The notes beneath the pieces were generated by a model. It had not been told where the DNA came from. It saw only the letters and a program-made list of their open reading frames with translations, and did no database searches. Positions 8,241 to 16,256 of a DNA stretch of 32,000 nt are shown here, piece by piece. The translations under genes and the position numbers were made by a program. Position 1 is the stretch's first letter, and every line of letters starts with the position of its first letter. The stretch is from positions 1 through 32,000 of the forward strand of contig JACATG010000005.1 of assembly GCA_013390905.1 (NCBI GenBank), written 5' to 3'. This stretch comes from Marine Group I thaumarchaeote. Lineage in GTDB: Archaea; Thermoproteota; Nitrososphaeria; Nitrososphaerales; Nitrosopumilaceae.

Positions 8241-8465
8241 CTAAAACTTTCTTTTTTTGAGAGAATCAATCTTATCCCATTTTTTTATAAATCCAGTGTA
8301 TTCCGTTTCATTTTTTTCTGAATTTATCATATCTGTAACTCGTCTTAGAGTGTCATATAGAAAATCATGAAATTGTTGGTTGTATGGCTCATGAAAATCA
8401 TATTGAGAGCACCATAACTTTAGGCTGTTTTGTATGTCTGGCAATATATCATATTTTTCGTCCAT
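8241..8465 (-). CDS. hypothetical protein
   Basis: 74-aa ORF with a non-repetitive, charged and aromatic composition. No motif recognised. Confidence 0.45.
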   Translation of the reverse strand: MDEKYDILPDIQNSLKLWCSQYDFHEPYNQQFHDFLYDTLRRVTDMINSEKNETEYTGFIKKWDKIDSLKKRKF

Positions 8466-8613
8466 GATAACTCTAATCTCTTTTTTTATTTCAATTTTCC
8501 TTCATTCTATCTAATTGATGAGGACAATACAATGAAGTGGATTTAGCAATATTGCATTAGGTCTTGGCAAATTTTAGAATTCTCTTAGTAGTTTTCTCTA
8601 ATTCGTCTTTTAG

Positions 8614-8742
8614 TTATGATTGATTCATCTGTTTGGAACAACAAATTAAGTCACAACCTTCTTCATCACAAGGCTTTGTAACTTTAAGTTCGAGACCACA
8701 TTCTGAGCAAGTATATACTTGTCCCTCTGCCATATTTCCCAT
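8614..8742 (-). CDS. desulforedoxin-like small Cys4 metal-binding protein (42 aa)
   Basis: Hand translation: MGNMAEGQVYTCSECGLELKVTKPCDEEGCDLICCSKQMNQS. The pattern EGxVYxCxxCGxxxKV ... CC...M parallels my recollection of desulforedoxin (ANEGDVYKCELCGQVVKV...LVCCGEDM). Confidence 0.5.
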   Translation of the reverse strand: MGNMAEGQVYTCSECGLELKVTKPCDEEGCDLICCSKQMNQS

Positions 8743-8790
8743 ATTATATTAAAAAGATAGCTACTATTAAGTCAAAAACAAAAAATGGAA

Positions 8791-9212
8791 TCAGGTATTT
8801 ATTTTCTGTTCAAACACAGACATGATGTAACCCATAATCTCTTTATTTAGAGTTGCAAATGATTTTGTATTTTGGTTAAATGTTTTAAAAGCCTGTTTTG
8901 TTGCTTCAGATGTATCTCCTGCAATTTTATTTTGATGTGCATATGCTTGAAGAGAAATGTCTGTAATGTCACGGATAGTTTTCAGAACAGAATCCGGTAC
9001 ATCTGTCTTGTAACCTGCCTTTATTGCATATTCTTGTTCCAAAGAAATGGCTGAATTAATCACAGTTTTCCATGCATCTATGTAATCTTGCTGAAGTTTT
9101 GCAACTGATTGATGATATTTGGGGGCAGATTTTTCAACCTAATTACAAAATCTTTCAATATTTTTTTAGATACGCCAAAGATATCTTTTGATTCTTTAGA
9201 AGATTTATCCAT
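8791..9212 (-). pseudogene. helical protein gene apparently split by a frameshift (or a 44-aa ORF plus a GTG-started 90-aa ORF)
   Basis: ATG at 9212 gives MDKSSKESKDIFGVSKKILKDFVIRLKNLPPNIINQLQNFSKIT with a stop at 9078-9080. In the adjacent frame an open read, VEKSAPKYHQSVAKLQQDYIDAWKTV, runs straight into ORF 8791-9063, which has only a GTG start. The frames cross near the A5/C5 homopolymers at 9121-9140. Confidence 0.4.
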
Positions 9213-9277
9213 AGACTGTATAACAAATACATTTTAGATAAGATCAACTATAAAAAACTAAACAAATGTTTAAAGAA

Positions 9278-9535
9278 CTATGAAGGAACAGATAATTTTC
9301 GCAGATGATTATAGTGAATTCTCAAGAAATCCATAATTCTCCTATCCTCATTTTTATTAATTGGTGCCCCATTTGCAAGAATACTGAGATATCTTAGATT
9401 AGATTCCAGTTGGCGTAGTGATCTTTTAATTCCTTCGTCATAATTCATTCCCAAAAATTCTTTAATAGCATTCTCTGTTTGCAAAACATCACCTTCCAAA
9501 TTTTTGATCTCTTGATAAATATTAGTCTGCATCAA
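9278..9535 (-). CDS. hypothetical helical protein
   Basis: 85-aa ORF with a heptad-like charged composition. No motif recognised. Confidence 0.45.
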   Translation of the reverse strand: MMQTNIYQEIKNLEGDVLQTENAIKEFLGMNYDEGIKRSLRQLESNLRYLSILANGAPINKNEDRRIMDFLRIHYNHLRKLSVPS

Positions 9536-9707
9536 TATTGTAAAGATAATATTAAAAATAACTTTGATTCTTGAATTTCTTAATTATTGTAAAGATGATC
9601 GAAAAAAATTAAACAGGTTTATAATTTTCTAATTTGAAAACAAAGTTTTAGGTATTCTATGTTCTAACAAAATAATTGTTTTTAACTACAGAATTCTATA
9701 TTTTTAC

Positions 9708-9959
9708 ATGGGTTTTATGCTAGAAGAAGAATTAATAGATTTGATGACATTTTGTCTGTAAAATGCAGATGCTGTAGAGGTAGACGAAAAACATAAAAGA
9801 ATCACAGAAATTAGTCATGAACTTTATGCTGATGTGGGAGTTGATGCTTTAGAGAATTTCTTTTTTGTTTTAAAAAATAGAATTATACAAGAAAGAGAAA
9901 AAGATCCATCCCCAATGCGTTCACTATGGAATGGCCTTACTGATGAATGGCAGTACTAA
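9708..9959 (+). pseudogene. small gene interrupted by an in-frame TAA
   Basis: atg at 9708 gives MGFMLEEELIDLMTFCL, then TAA at 9759-9761. The same frame continues NADAVEVDEKHKRITEISHELYADVGVDALENFFFVLKNRIIQEREKDPSPMRSLWNGLTDEWQY. There is no ATG after the stop until near the end. Confidence 0.4.
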
Positions 9960-9977
9960 ACTTCTCTACTGAGAATT

Positions 9978-10121
9978 TTAGCCTTTACCAATTCTGAAAA
10001 TGGTTGTATTGCATGTTGGGCAAGTGCCCTTAATTGCAGGTTTACCATTTTTCATGGTGTATGGTCCGGGACCTTGAATTTCACGTTTATCTCGGCACTT
10101 TACACAATATCCTATTGTCAT
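9978..10121 (-). CDS. small zinc-ribbon protein, DUF5679-like (47 aa)
   Basis: Hand translation: MTIGYCVKCRDKREIQGPGPYTMKNGKPAIKGTCPTCNTTIFRIGKG. The pattern CxxC ... MKNG ... G.CP.C.T..FRIGK matches my memory of this conserved small-protein family. Confidence 0.6.
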   Translation of the reverse strand: MTIGYCVKCRDKREIQGPGPYTMKNGKPAIKGTCPTCNTTIFRIGKG

Positions 10122-10316
10122 AAGTCCATTAGACTTTATGTTCTATTAGGGAGAACTTGTTGAACTTTTTTCACTAAGAAGCAAATCTACGATATTAATT
10201 ATTGTGTAATATGACATTTTTTTTCGTATAAGATACTTTTTTGATCAATTTAAGAACAACTTATTCAAATTTCTTAGATATTAACATATTTGTTGACCTA
10301 ATTGGTTTGTCAAATT

Positions 10317-10745
10317 TTAACTGACGTTTATTTGTAATGTAGTATATTGAGATAATGCTCTATGATTTATCAGACCTTCCCACACATAAATTTCTGTAGT
10401 GAATTCACCAGATTCATTTGGTGTCCATGATAATGATGGGCTGAGTTTTTGATCTGGTGTCAGCTGTCCACTAATCCATCCCAATGAAACAACAAAACCT
10501 TCATTGTTTTTTATTTGAACAAGATAATTTTTTTTTTGAGATTTTTCTTGATTATTTGTAATGTCAGCTGAAATTTGAAATTGTTGATCTACATTTACAT
10601 TATTTCCTATAGGTATGCCAAATGTATTTACTAATCATGGATTACTAATTGTTGTTTTTTGTAAGTCAGTTAACGCAAATACTGTAGTAAAACTGATAGA
10701 AATAACTAGTAAAATCACTAACAATACTATACTTTTATTTAACAC
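10317..10745 (-). pseudogene. decayed gene for a small secreted protein
   Basis: GTG at 10745 gives the signal peptide VLNKSIVLLVILLVISISFTTV, then a stop. All three frames carry stops between about 10630 and 10675. The original frame then reopens as GIPIGNNVNVDQQFQISADITNNQEKSQKKNYLVQIKNNEGFVVSLGWISGQLTPDQKLSPSLSWTPNESGEFTTEIYVWEGLINHRALSQYTTLQINVS, with a stop at 10317-10319. Confidence 0.5.
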
Positions 10746-10806
10746 AATATTTTAAATAATTTTTTGTTAATAAAGCGTTTTTGCATTGATGTTTCTGATT
10801 TTAACT

Positions 10807-12267
10807 CTAAACTACTAAAAAACTTTCTAGGTTTTTTACAATCATGCTTTTTTTCGTAATTATCTTGTCAGGATTGAGCACGTTTTTTGGATCAAAGAAT
10901 TTCTTGATTTGTTTGAATATTTGGTAGTTTTTAGCTCCATATTGCCTTTTGACAAATTCTGAACGTGCTAGTCCATCACCATGTTCACCAGTTATGGTTC
11001 CTCCAAGTTTGATTACTTCATTAAAGTATTGAATTGCGATGTTTTTGATATTAGGGATTCTTTTTCTATCTGAAATCAAACGAACATGAATATTTCCATT
11101 TCCTGCATGTCCATATACCACTGATCTTGTCCTGTACTTTTTGTTAATCTCATCAAGAACTGAAAATAATTTTTGGAGATTTTCCAAAGGTACTGTAGCA
11201 TCTTCAATGGCATGTGGGATTATTTTTTCTTTTTTTATTGATTTTAAACTATAATGTAGTGATGAGTCTCTGTATTTCCACCATCTGAAAATATCTGAAT
11301 CTTTTTTTAATTTCTTAATAATTTTTCCTGTGATAATTAATTTAATCTTCTTTTCGTTCGAATTAATTTTATCATCATATTCTATAAAGAGTAAACACTT
11401 AGTTTTCCCATCAAACTTAAATTTTATTTGATTAAGTATTGTTTTATCTACAAATTCAATTGCAGAAGGTTTAGTTTTATTGATTTCAATACAGTTTTTT
11501 ATTGCATTTTTAATTGTTTTATATTCTATCACAAAAAGAATTCGCTTTCTTGGGATGTCTTTAATTTTTAGCTTTGCTGACAAAATAACCCCAAGCGTTC
11601 CTTCAGAACCAATGAATACCTTATGAGCGTCATTAATTGATTTTACTTTATCAATTCTATATCCTGAAGAGTTTTTTGTTACATTTGGAAAATTGTTTCT
11701 ATCAATTTTTTTTGAGAATTCTCTAATCTTTTTTGCAACTCTTTTATCTTTTGGAAGAGTAATCTTATTTCCATTTCCATCGATAAATGTGATCTCTATT
11801 ACGTTGTCAATTACACTTCCATACTTTAAACTTCTACTTCCACTAGAATTACTTCCTAACATTCCTCCAATTGAACAAAAAGAACCAATTGATGGGTTTG
11901 GTGGAAAAAACTTTTTGTACTCTTCAAGTTTCTTGTCTAGTTTACCTTTAATTGTGCCTGGACCTATTGTCACATAGTCTTTAGCAAGCCTAATTGAATC
12001 AAAATTCTTCATTTCAAGTATGATCCCATTATTTAATGCACTACCAACAAGACCTGTTCCTGCACCACGTACAGTAACTGATGTTTTGAATTTTCTTGCA
12101 ATATTTATTACATTAACCACATCTTTTTCATTTTTAGGAACTACTACTAACTCTGGAATAATTTGGTATGAGCTTGCATCTACAGAATAAAATTTTCTGA
12201 ATTCTTTTTGAGAAAATACATCTCCTTGAACTGTTGACTGTAGTGTTTTTAGAATTAATTTTTTCAT
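10807..12267 (-). CDS. FAD-linked oxidase / GlcD-like FAD-binding dehydrogenase
   Basis: 486 aa. FAD-binding PCMH-type segment VTVRGAGTGLVGSALNNGIILEM and C-terminal GGTITGEHGDGLARSEF ... FDPKNVLNPDK, typical of the GlcD/D-lactate dehydrogenase family. Confidence 0.85.
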   Translation of the reverse strand: MKKLILKTLQSTVQGDVFSQKEFRKFYSVDASSYQIIPELVVVPKNEKDVVNVINIARKFKTSVTVRGAGTGLVGSALNNGIILEMKNFDSIRLAKDYVTIGPGTIKGKLDKKLEEYKKFFPPNPSIGSFCSIGGMLGSNSSGSRSLKYGSVIDNVIEITFIDGNGNKITLPKDKRVAKKIREFSKKIDRNNFPNVTKNSSGYRIDKVKSINDAHKVFIGSEGTLGVILSAKLKIKDIPRKRILFVIEYKTIKNAIKNCIEINKTKPSAIEFVDKTILNQIKFKFDGKTKCLLFIEYDDKINSNEKKIKLIITGKIIKKLKKDSDIFRWWKYRDSSLHYSLKSIKKEKIIPHAIEDATVPLENLQKLFSVLDEINKKYRTRSVVYGHAGNGNIHVRLISDRKRIPNIKNIAIQYFNEVIKLGGTITGEHGDGLARSEFVKRQYGAKNYQIFKQIKKFFDPKNVLNPDKIITKKSMIVKNLESFLVV

Positions 12268-12276
12268 GTGATGAAT

Positions 12277-13593
12277 CTAAATTTTAATTCTATAGTAGTC
12301 CCATCTTTCAGGATCAAATTGTGTCACAAACTCTGCTTGTTCTTTGTCTATTCTTGCTTTTATAACATCTCGTAATGCAAAACTTGTTAGATATTTGTAC
12401 TTCATAGAGCAAGCTTGCATGATAAACAAATGGCGCATCTCACTTCCACCTTTTAATCCCCAATAACCCATCTTCAATGCTAGTGGTTCTAGAAATATTG
12501 TGTTCCCGAGGCCATAATTCTCGTCTCTAATCTCTTCACGTAATTTGTATTTCTCAAGTGGTCCTCCTTTTACGTATCCTACAATTTCTCCATTTTTGTC
12601 ATTAAGTCTAAGTGTGTTGATGATTATCTGTGGATCTTTAATAGATTTCTCAAATCCAACTTTTTTAAATTGTAACGGTGCAGGTAATTCCAAAAAGATC
12701 TCAAATAGCGTCTTGATGAAATTTGGTTCTTCTCTTGTTGTCATATTTTCTATTGTTGGAACTAACTTGAGATTTTCATAAGCATAATCTGCTTGAATAG
12801 TAATCTCTTGCTGTCTGATTCTCATAAATGATAATACAGTGTCAAAAAAGTTTTTTCTCATCTCTTTTGGAAGAATCTTGAGAATTCCTTTTACCATCTT
12901 TGGCTCTTTGTTTAATAATTCTTCAAAATATGCAACTGATCTTCTAATGATCAATGATGGCTTCCATGCAAGTGCATGTGCATTCATTTTAGCCATCTCC
13001 ATTGCCTTTGTAAAATCCCCTAATGCATAACCACTGATTCTATCAACCACTGAAAGATATTCACCCATTTGCATAATGTGTTGTTGGTATTGTTGGTTGT
13101 TTCTTGTCAAATCCGAATTTTGAAAACATTGTTTAATCTGTTCCTCTATATTTTTTTTGATCTCTCCACTCCAAGGATATGTTGTTCTTAAAATCAATAC
13201 CTTGATAATTTCTAAATCTATATTTGTAGCGTTAATTAATTGGCGTAGTTTTTTGTCAGTTGAAATAAATTTTATAACACTTTTTTCATGTGGTTTATCT
13301 ACATTTTTTTTAGGATCAAAGTCGTGAAACAACGCAGAAATGTATATGTATTTAATATCTTCATCAGTGAATTCCACTTTGTTTTGTTTTATAGCTAAAA
13401 GTGAAACATATGTCACTTCTAATTCATGATTGATGTTATGATATCCGTAATAATTAGTTCCAAGGCCCTGACTTTCAAACAAGTCAATGGTATAATCTAA
13501 CATCTCAACATAACAATCGTCTTCTAACCCATTTTGCACCATTAGATTAAGAATCTCCTTTCTCATTGAATGGGGCATAACAAACTGTTGCAA
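12277..13593 (-). CDS. HD-domain-containing protein with an uncharacterised C-terminal domain
   Basis: 438 aa. YHNINHELEV ... ISALFHDFDP fits an H...HD metal-dependent phosphohydrolase signature. The C-terminal third (GEIVGYVKGGPL ... FLEPLALKMGYWGLKGG) could be an acyltransferase-like fold, but that is speculative. Only 9 nt separate it from the downstream oxidase gene. Confidence 0.65.
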   Translation of the reverse strand: MQQFVMPHSMRKEILNLMVQNGLEDDCYVEMLDYTIDLFESQGLGTNYYGYHNINHELEVTYVSLLAIKQNKVEFTDEDIKYIYISALFHDFDPKKNVDKPHEKSVIKFISTDKKLRQLINATNIDLEIIKVLILRTTYPWSGEIKKNIEEQIKQCFQNSDLTRNNQQYQQHIMQMGEYLSVVDRISGYALGDFTKAMEMAKMNAHALAWKPSLIIRRSVAYFEELLNKEPKMVKGILKILPKEMRKNFFDTVLSFMRIRQQEITIQADYAYENLKLVPTIENMTTREEPNFIKTLFEIFLELPAPLQFKKVGFEKSIKDPQIIINTLRLNDKNGEIVGYVKGGPLEKYKLREEIRDENYGLGNTIFLEPLALKMGYWGLKGGSEMRHLFIMQACSMKYKYLTSFALRDVIKARIDKEQAEFVTQFDPERWDYYRIKI

Positions 13594-13709
13594 TAATACT
13601 CGATCATAATTCCTGTTTTTAAATATGCCCTATTTACCCTGGAAGTTTTGTTTGATTTTTATAAATTTCTTAGAAAGATTCAATAGAATTATGCTCTGGC
13701 TAATTTTAG

Positions 13710-14114
13710 ATGTCATTGAATTTGGATTTGCTTGAAATTTTAATGAAGTTTAATAAAAAAAATTCTCCCGAGTATCTACTTTACCTAAACGATTACACTT
13801 TTCCAATTACTTGCGTATCTATAACAAATTCACCAACTCCTGTTAACGAACCCACTACCCGAGGAGGAGTATATTTTTCAGATAAATTTGCCTACAAGCT
13901 GAAAGGAACGATAAACGACTTAACTGTGGTTCCACTATTGACAAAAAAAATGCTTGGACCAAACACAGAATTTGCTGAACTGAAAATCTCAACTCAAATA
14001 GAATCTAGTGGAAAACTGATGAATCTTGAAATTTTTACCAATCTCACAAATAGCATACAGACCCCAAATTCTATTGAGCTTAGTATGATAATAGTTAAAC
14101 TAAAATCCATCTAA
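13710..14114 (+). CDS. hypothetical protein
   Basis: 134-aa ORF with no motif recognised. Its 3-prime end overlaps the convergent J-domain gene by 4 nt. Confidence 0.45.
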   Translation: MSLNLDLLEILMKFNKKNSPEYLLYLNDYTFPITCVSITNSPTPVNEPTTRGGVYFSDKFAYKLKGTINDLTVVPLLTKKMLGPNTEFAELKISTQIESSGKLMNLEIFTNLTNSIQTPNSIELSMIIVKLKSI

Positions 14115-14665
14115 CTGACTTTTAGATATCTATCATATTTTTCTCTACGTTCTTTATCAGAAAGTATTTCATATGCCTTGTTTAATTTTGCCATTGCTTC
14201 TTCAGAATCTTCTTTAGTTTTATCTGGATGGGTCTTCTTTGCAAGCTCTCTGAATTTTTTTTTGATTTCTTTTTGTGTTGCATCTTTTGGAACACCTAGA
14301 TCCTCATAGTAGTTTCGAAGCTCGTTGTTTCTTGCAGCATTACGAAACTCTGTATCCTCTTTTGTATTTTTTCTCGTTCCTATTTCTTCATAATCGTCTC
14401 CCCAGTCAGAGTGATATTTTTCATATGTCCTCTCTTTTTTTGATTCAAATTCCTCATTGTCATATGATGTCTTTTTTCTAAGTATGATGTCCCTTGATAA
14501 AAATAAAAAGATTGCAATGATAGCAATTGCAAAACTAGCAAAGAGTATTATCTTTTCTTCATCAGAAACTTCAAGCAGCATATCTGTTTTATCAGTTTGT
14601 GCATATGTAGTTTGTAACGATCCAATGATAATTACAGAAATTATAAAAATATCTAGCTGTTTCAA
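14111..14665 (-). CDS. membrane-anchored J-domain (DnaJ-like) protein
   Basis: 184 aa with a signal-like N-terminus and a TM helix (IILFASFAIAIIAIFLFL). The C-terminal J domain reads NYYEDLGVPKDATQKEIKKKFRELAKKTHPDK ... LNKAYEILSD and includes the HPD motif. Confidence 0.8.
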   Translation of the reverse strand: MKQLDIFIISVIIIGSLQTTYAQTDKTDMLLEVSDEEKIILFASFAIAIIAIFLFLSRDIILRKKTSYDNEEFESKKERTYEKYHSDWGDDYEEIGTRKNTKEDTEFRNAARNNELRNYYEDLGVPKDATQKEIKKKFRELAKKTHPDKTKEDSEEAMAKLNKAYEILSDKERREKYDRYLKVS

Positions 14666-14675
14666 TTTTTTTTAC

Positions 14676-15119
14676 CTATGTTAATCTAAAATCTTCTTTT
14701 GTAGTATTGAGAACTACATGAGTAATGGTATTTTTCACGTTTGGGATAGCAGCCAAACCCTTTACAAACCTACTCAATTCACTCCTCTCCTTGAATTTTG
14801 CTATGATCAGAGTATCTGTAGAACCAGTAATATCATAAACCGCACACACATTTTCAAATTTTGATATCTCATTTTCAATTTCTTCAATTTTGTCGTTCTT
14901 GGCTATAATTTCAATAATTGCAGTTAGTCCGTATCCCAGTTTTTCATGGTCAATAATTGCAGTATATCCACAAATAATCTTCTCTTTTTCTAATTTTTTG
15001 ATTCTAGATAATATCGTAACAGTTGACATTCCAAGTTTTAATGCAAGTTGTCTAGCTGATAGTCTTGCATCAACCATCAAGTTTTTGAGAATCTTTTCAT
15101 CTGTCTCATCCATCTTCAT
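14676..15119 (-). CDS. lrp: Lrp/AsnC-family transcriptional regulator
   Basis: 147 aa. N-terminal HTH (DEKILKNLMVDARLSARQLALKLGMSTVTILSRIKKLEKEKII) plus a C-terminal RAM/AsnC-type ligand domain. Confidence 0.9.
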   Translation of the reverse strand: MKMDETDEKILKNLMVDARLSARQLALKLGMSTVTILSRIKKLEKEKIICGYTAIIDHEKLGYGLTAIIEIIAKNDKIEEIENEISKFENVCAVYDITGSTDTLIIAKFKERSELSRFVKGLAAIPNVKNTITHVVLNTTKEDFRLT

Positions 15120-15242
15120 ACTTTATAACAGCAAAAAATTTATTTAAATTTTCAGTGAATATGTGAAAATCTGTCCAATTTAATTGAATAATTTTTGATA
15201 TTAGTTTTTCAGATTTAATACAAATGTTCTCTTTTGTAATTT

Positions 15243-15470
15243 ATGGACGAAATCCAAAATCTTGTAGCAAAGGGACAATCATTTTTGGAAGATGGAAAAT
15301 TTGATAAAGCCCTTGATTTTTTTGAAAGAGCACTTATTTTGAATCAGGACGATCCTGATCTTTGGAACTACAAGGGAATAATACTTAGAAGTATGGGCAG
15401 ATACGAGGAAGCAATGGAGAGCTTTAACAAGTCATTAAAGATTGATCCTCGCGATAAAAATGCATCTTGA
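15243..15470 (+). CDS. TPR-repeat protein (short)
   Basis: 75 aa with two TPR units (GKFDKALDFFERALILNQDDPDLWNYKGIILRSMGRYEEAMESFNKSLKIDP). Confidence 0.7.
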   Translation: MDEIQNLVAKGQSFLEDGKFDKALDFFERALILNQDDPDLWNYKGIILRSMGRYEEAMESFNKSLKIDPRDKNAS

Positions 15471-15524
15471 TTTTATACTAACTAATTGTGAATCTATATT
15501 ATTAACAAAATATTATCTAATACT

Positions 15525-16022
15525 GTGAATAATGAAGTAGATAAGATATTGGCAGAAGCGTTTGAGTTTGCAGAGGATGGAAATTATTTTGATGCATTAA
15601 GACTCTATGATTTAACACTCAAAAGAGAGCCTGATAATATTAGTGCGCTTGTTGACAAAGGAGCAACTCTACAAAACATGGGAAAATTCAAACTTGCTGT
15701 TCGTTCATATGACAAGGCACTTGCTGTCTCTCCGAATAATCTTGATGCATTACTAAACAAGGGATCAGCATTGCATTCAGACCAAAAATATCAAACAGCA
15801 ATAAAGTGTTATGATGCAGCTTTGAGGATTGACAAAAAATGTGCAATGGCACTTGCATACAAGGGACTTTCATTAGGTGAGATGGGCCAACTACAAAATG
15901 CAATAAAACATTTTAAAAAAGCGCTATCAATCGATAATCATTATGACTTGGCAAACATTTCAAAGAAAATGGCCCAAGAACTATTAAAGTCAATCAAAGA
16001 AAAGAAAACTAAAACACAGTAA
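15525..16022 (+). CDS. TPR-repeat protein
   Basis: 165 aa with a GTG start and four consecutive 34-residue TPR units (GNYFDALRLYDLTLKREPDN, GKFKLAVRSYDKALAVSPNN, QKYQTAIKCYDAALRIDKKC, GQLQNAIKHFKKALSIDNHY). Confidence 0.8.
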   Translation: MNNEVDKILAEAFEFAEDGNYFDALRLYDLTLKREPDNISALVDKGATLQNMGKFKLAVRSYDKALAVSPNNLDALLNKGSALHSDQKYQTAIKCYDAALRIDKKCAMALAYKGLSLGEMGQLQNAIKHFKKALSIDNHYDLANISKKMAQELLKSIKEKKTKTQ

Positions 16023-16182
16023 CGTCACCAGGTGCAGGCTTTCGATTAATCTGTTTTTTATTTGATTCGAAGAAGTCTTTATGTTTAGTTTTTTGATGAT
16101 CCCTTAGATCCTCTAGATTCTCAAAACCTTCATGGCACAAGTAGCATTTTGGCTTGTGTTCGTCAACTAGAGGAAGTACCAT
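16009..16182 (-). CDS. small C2H2-type zinc-finger protein (57 aa)
   Basis: Hand translation: MVLPLVDEHKPKCYLCHEGFENLEDLRDHQKTKHKDFFESNKKQINRKPAPGDVTVF (CxxC-x12-HxxxxH). Its 3-prime end overlaps the convergent TPR gene by 14 nt. Confidence 0.5.
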   Translation of the reverse strand: MVLPLVDEHKPKCYLCHEGFENLEDLRDHQKTKHKDFFESNKKQINRKPAPGDVTVF

Positions 16183-16256
16183 AATAGGAATAGTATGATT
16201 GGTTACTTATTTCTTGAGCCTATAAGGAATATATCCAGATGAACAAATAACACAAT

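Noticed and set aside
9759-9761. Programmed recoding (selenocysteine, pyrrolysine or readthrough) at the in-frame stops at 9759, 20077 and about 10640
   Set aside because: Two of the stops are TAA, which is not a Sec or Pyl codon. No SECIS- or PYLIS-like structure is evident. The 10.6-kb case also has frameshifts. Pseudogenisation or sequence error is more parsimonious.
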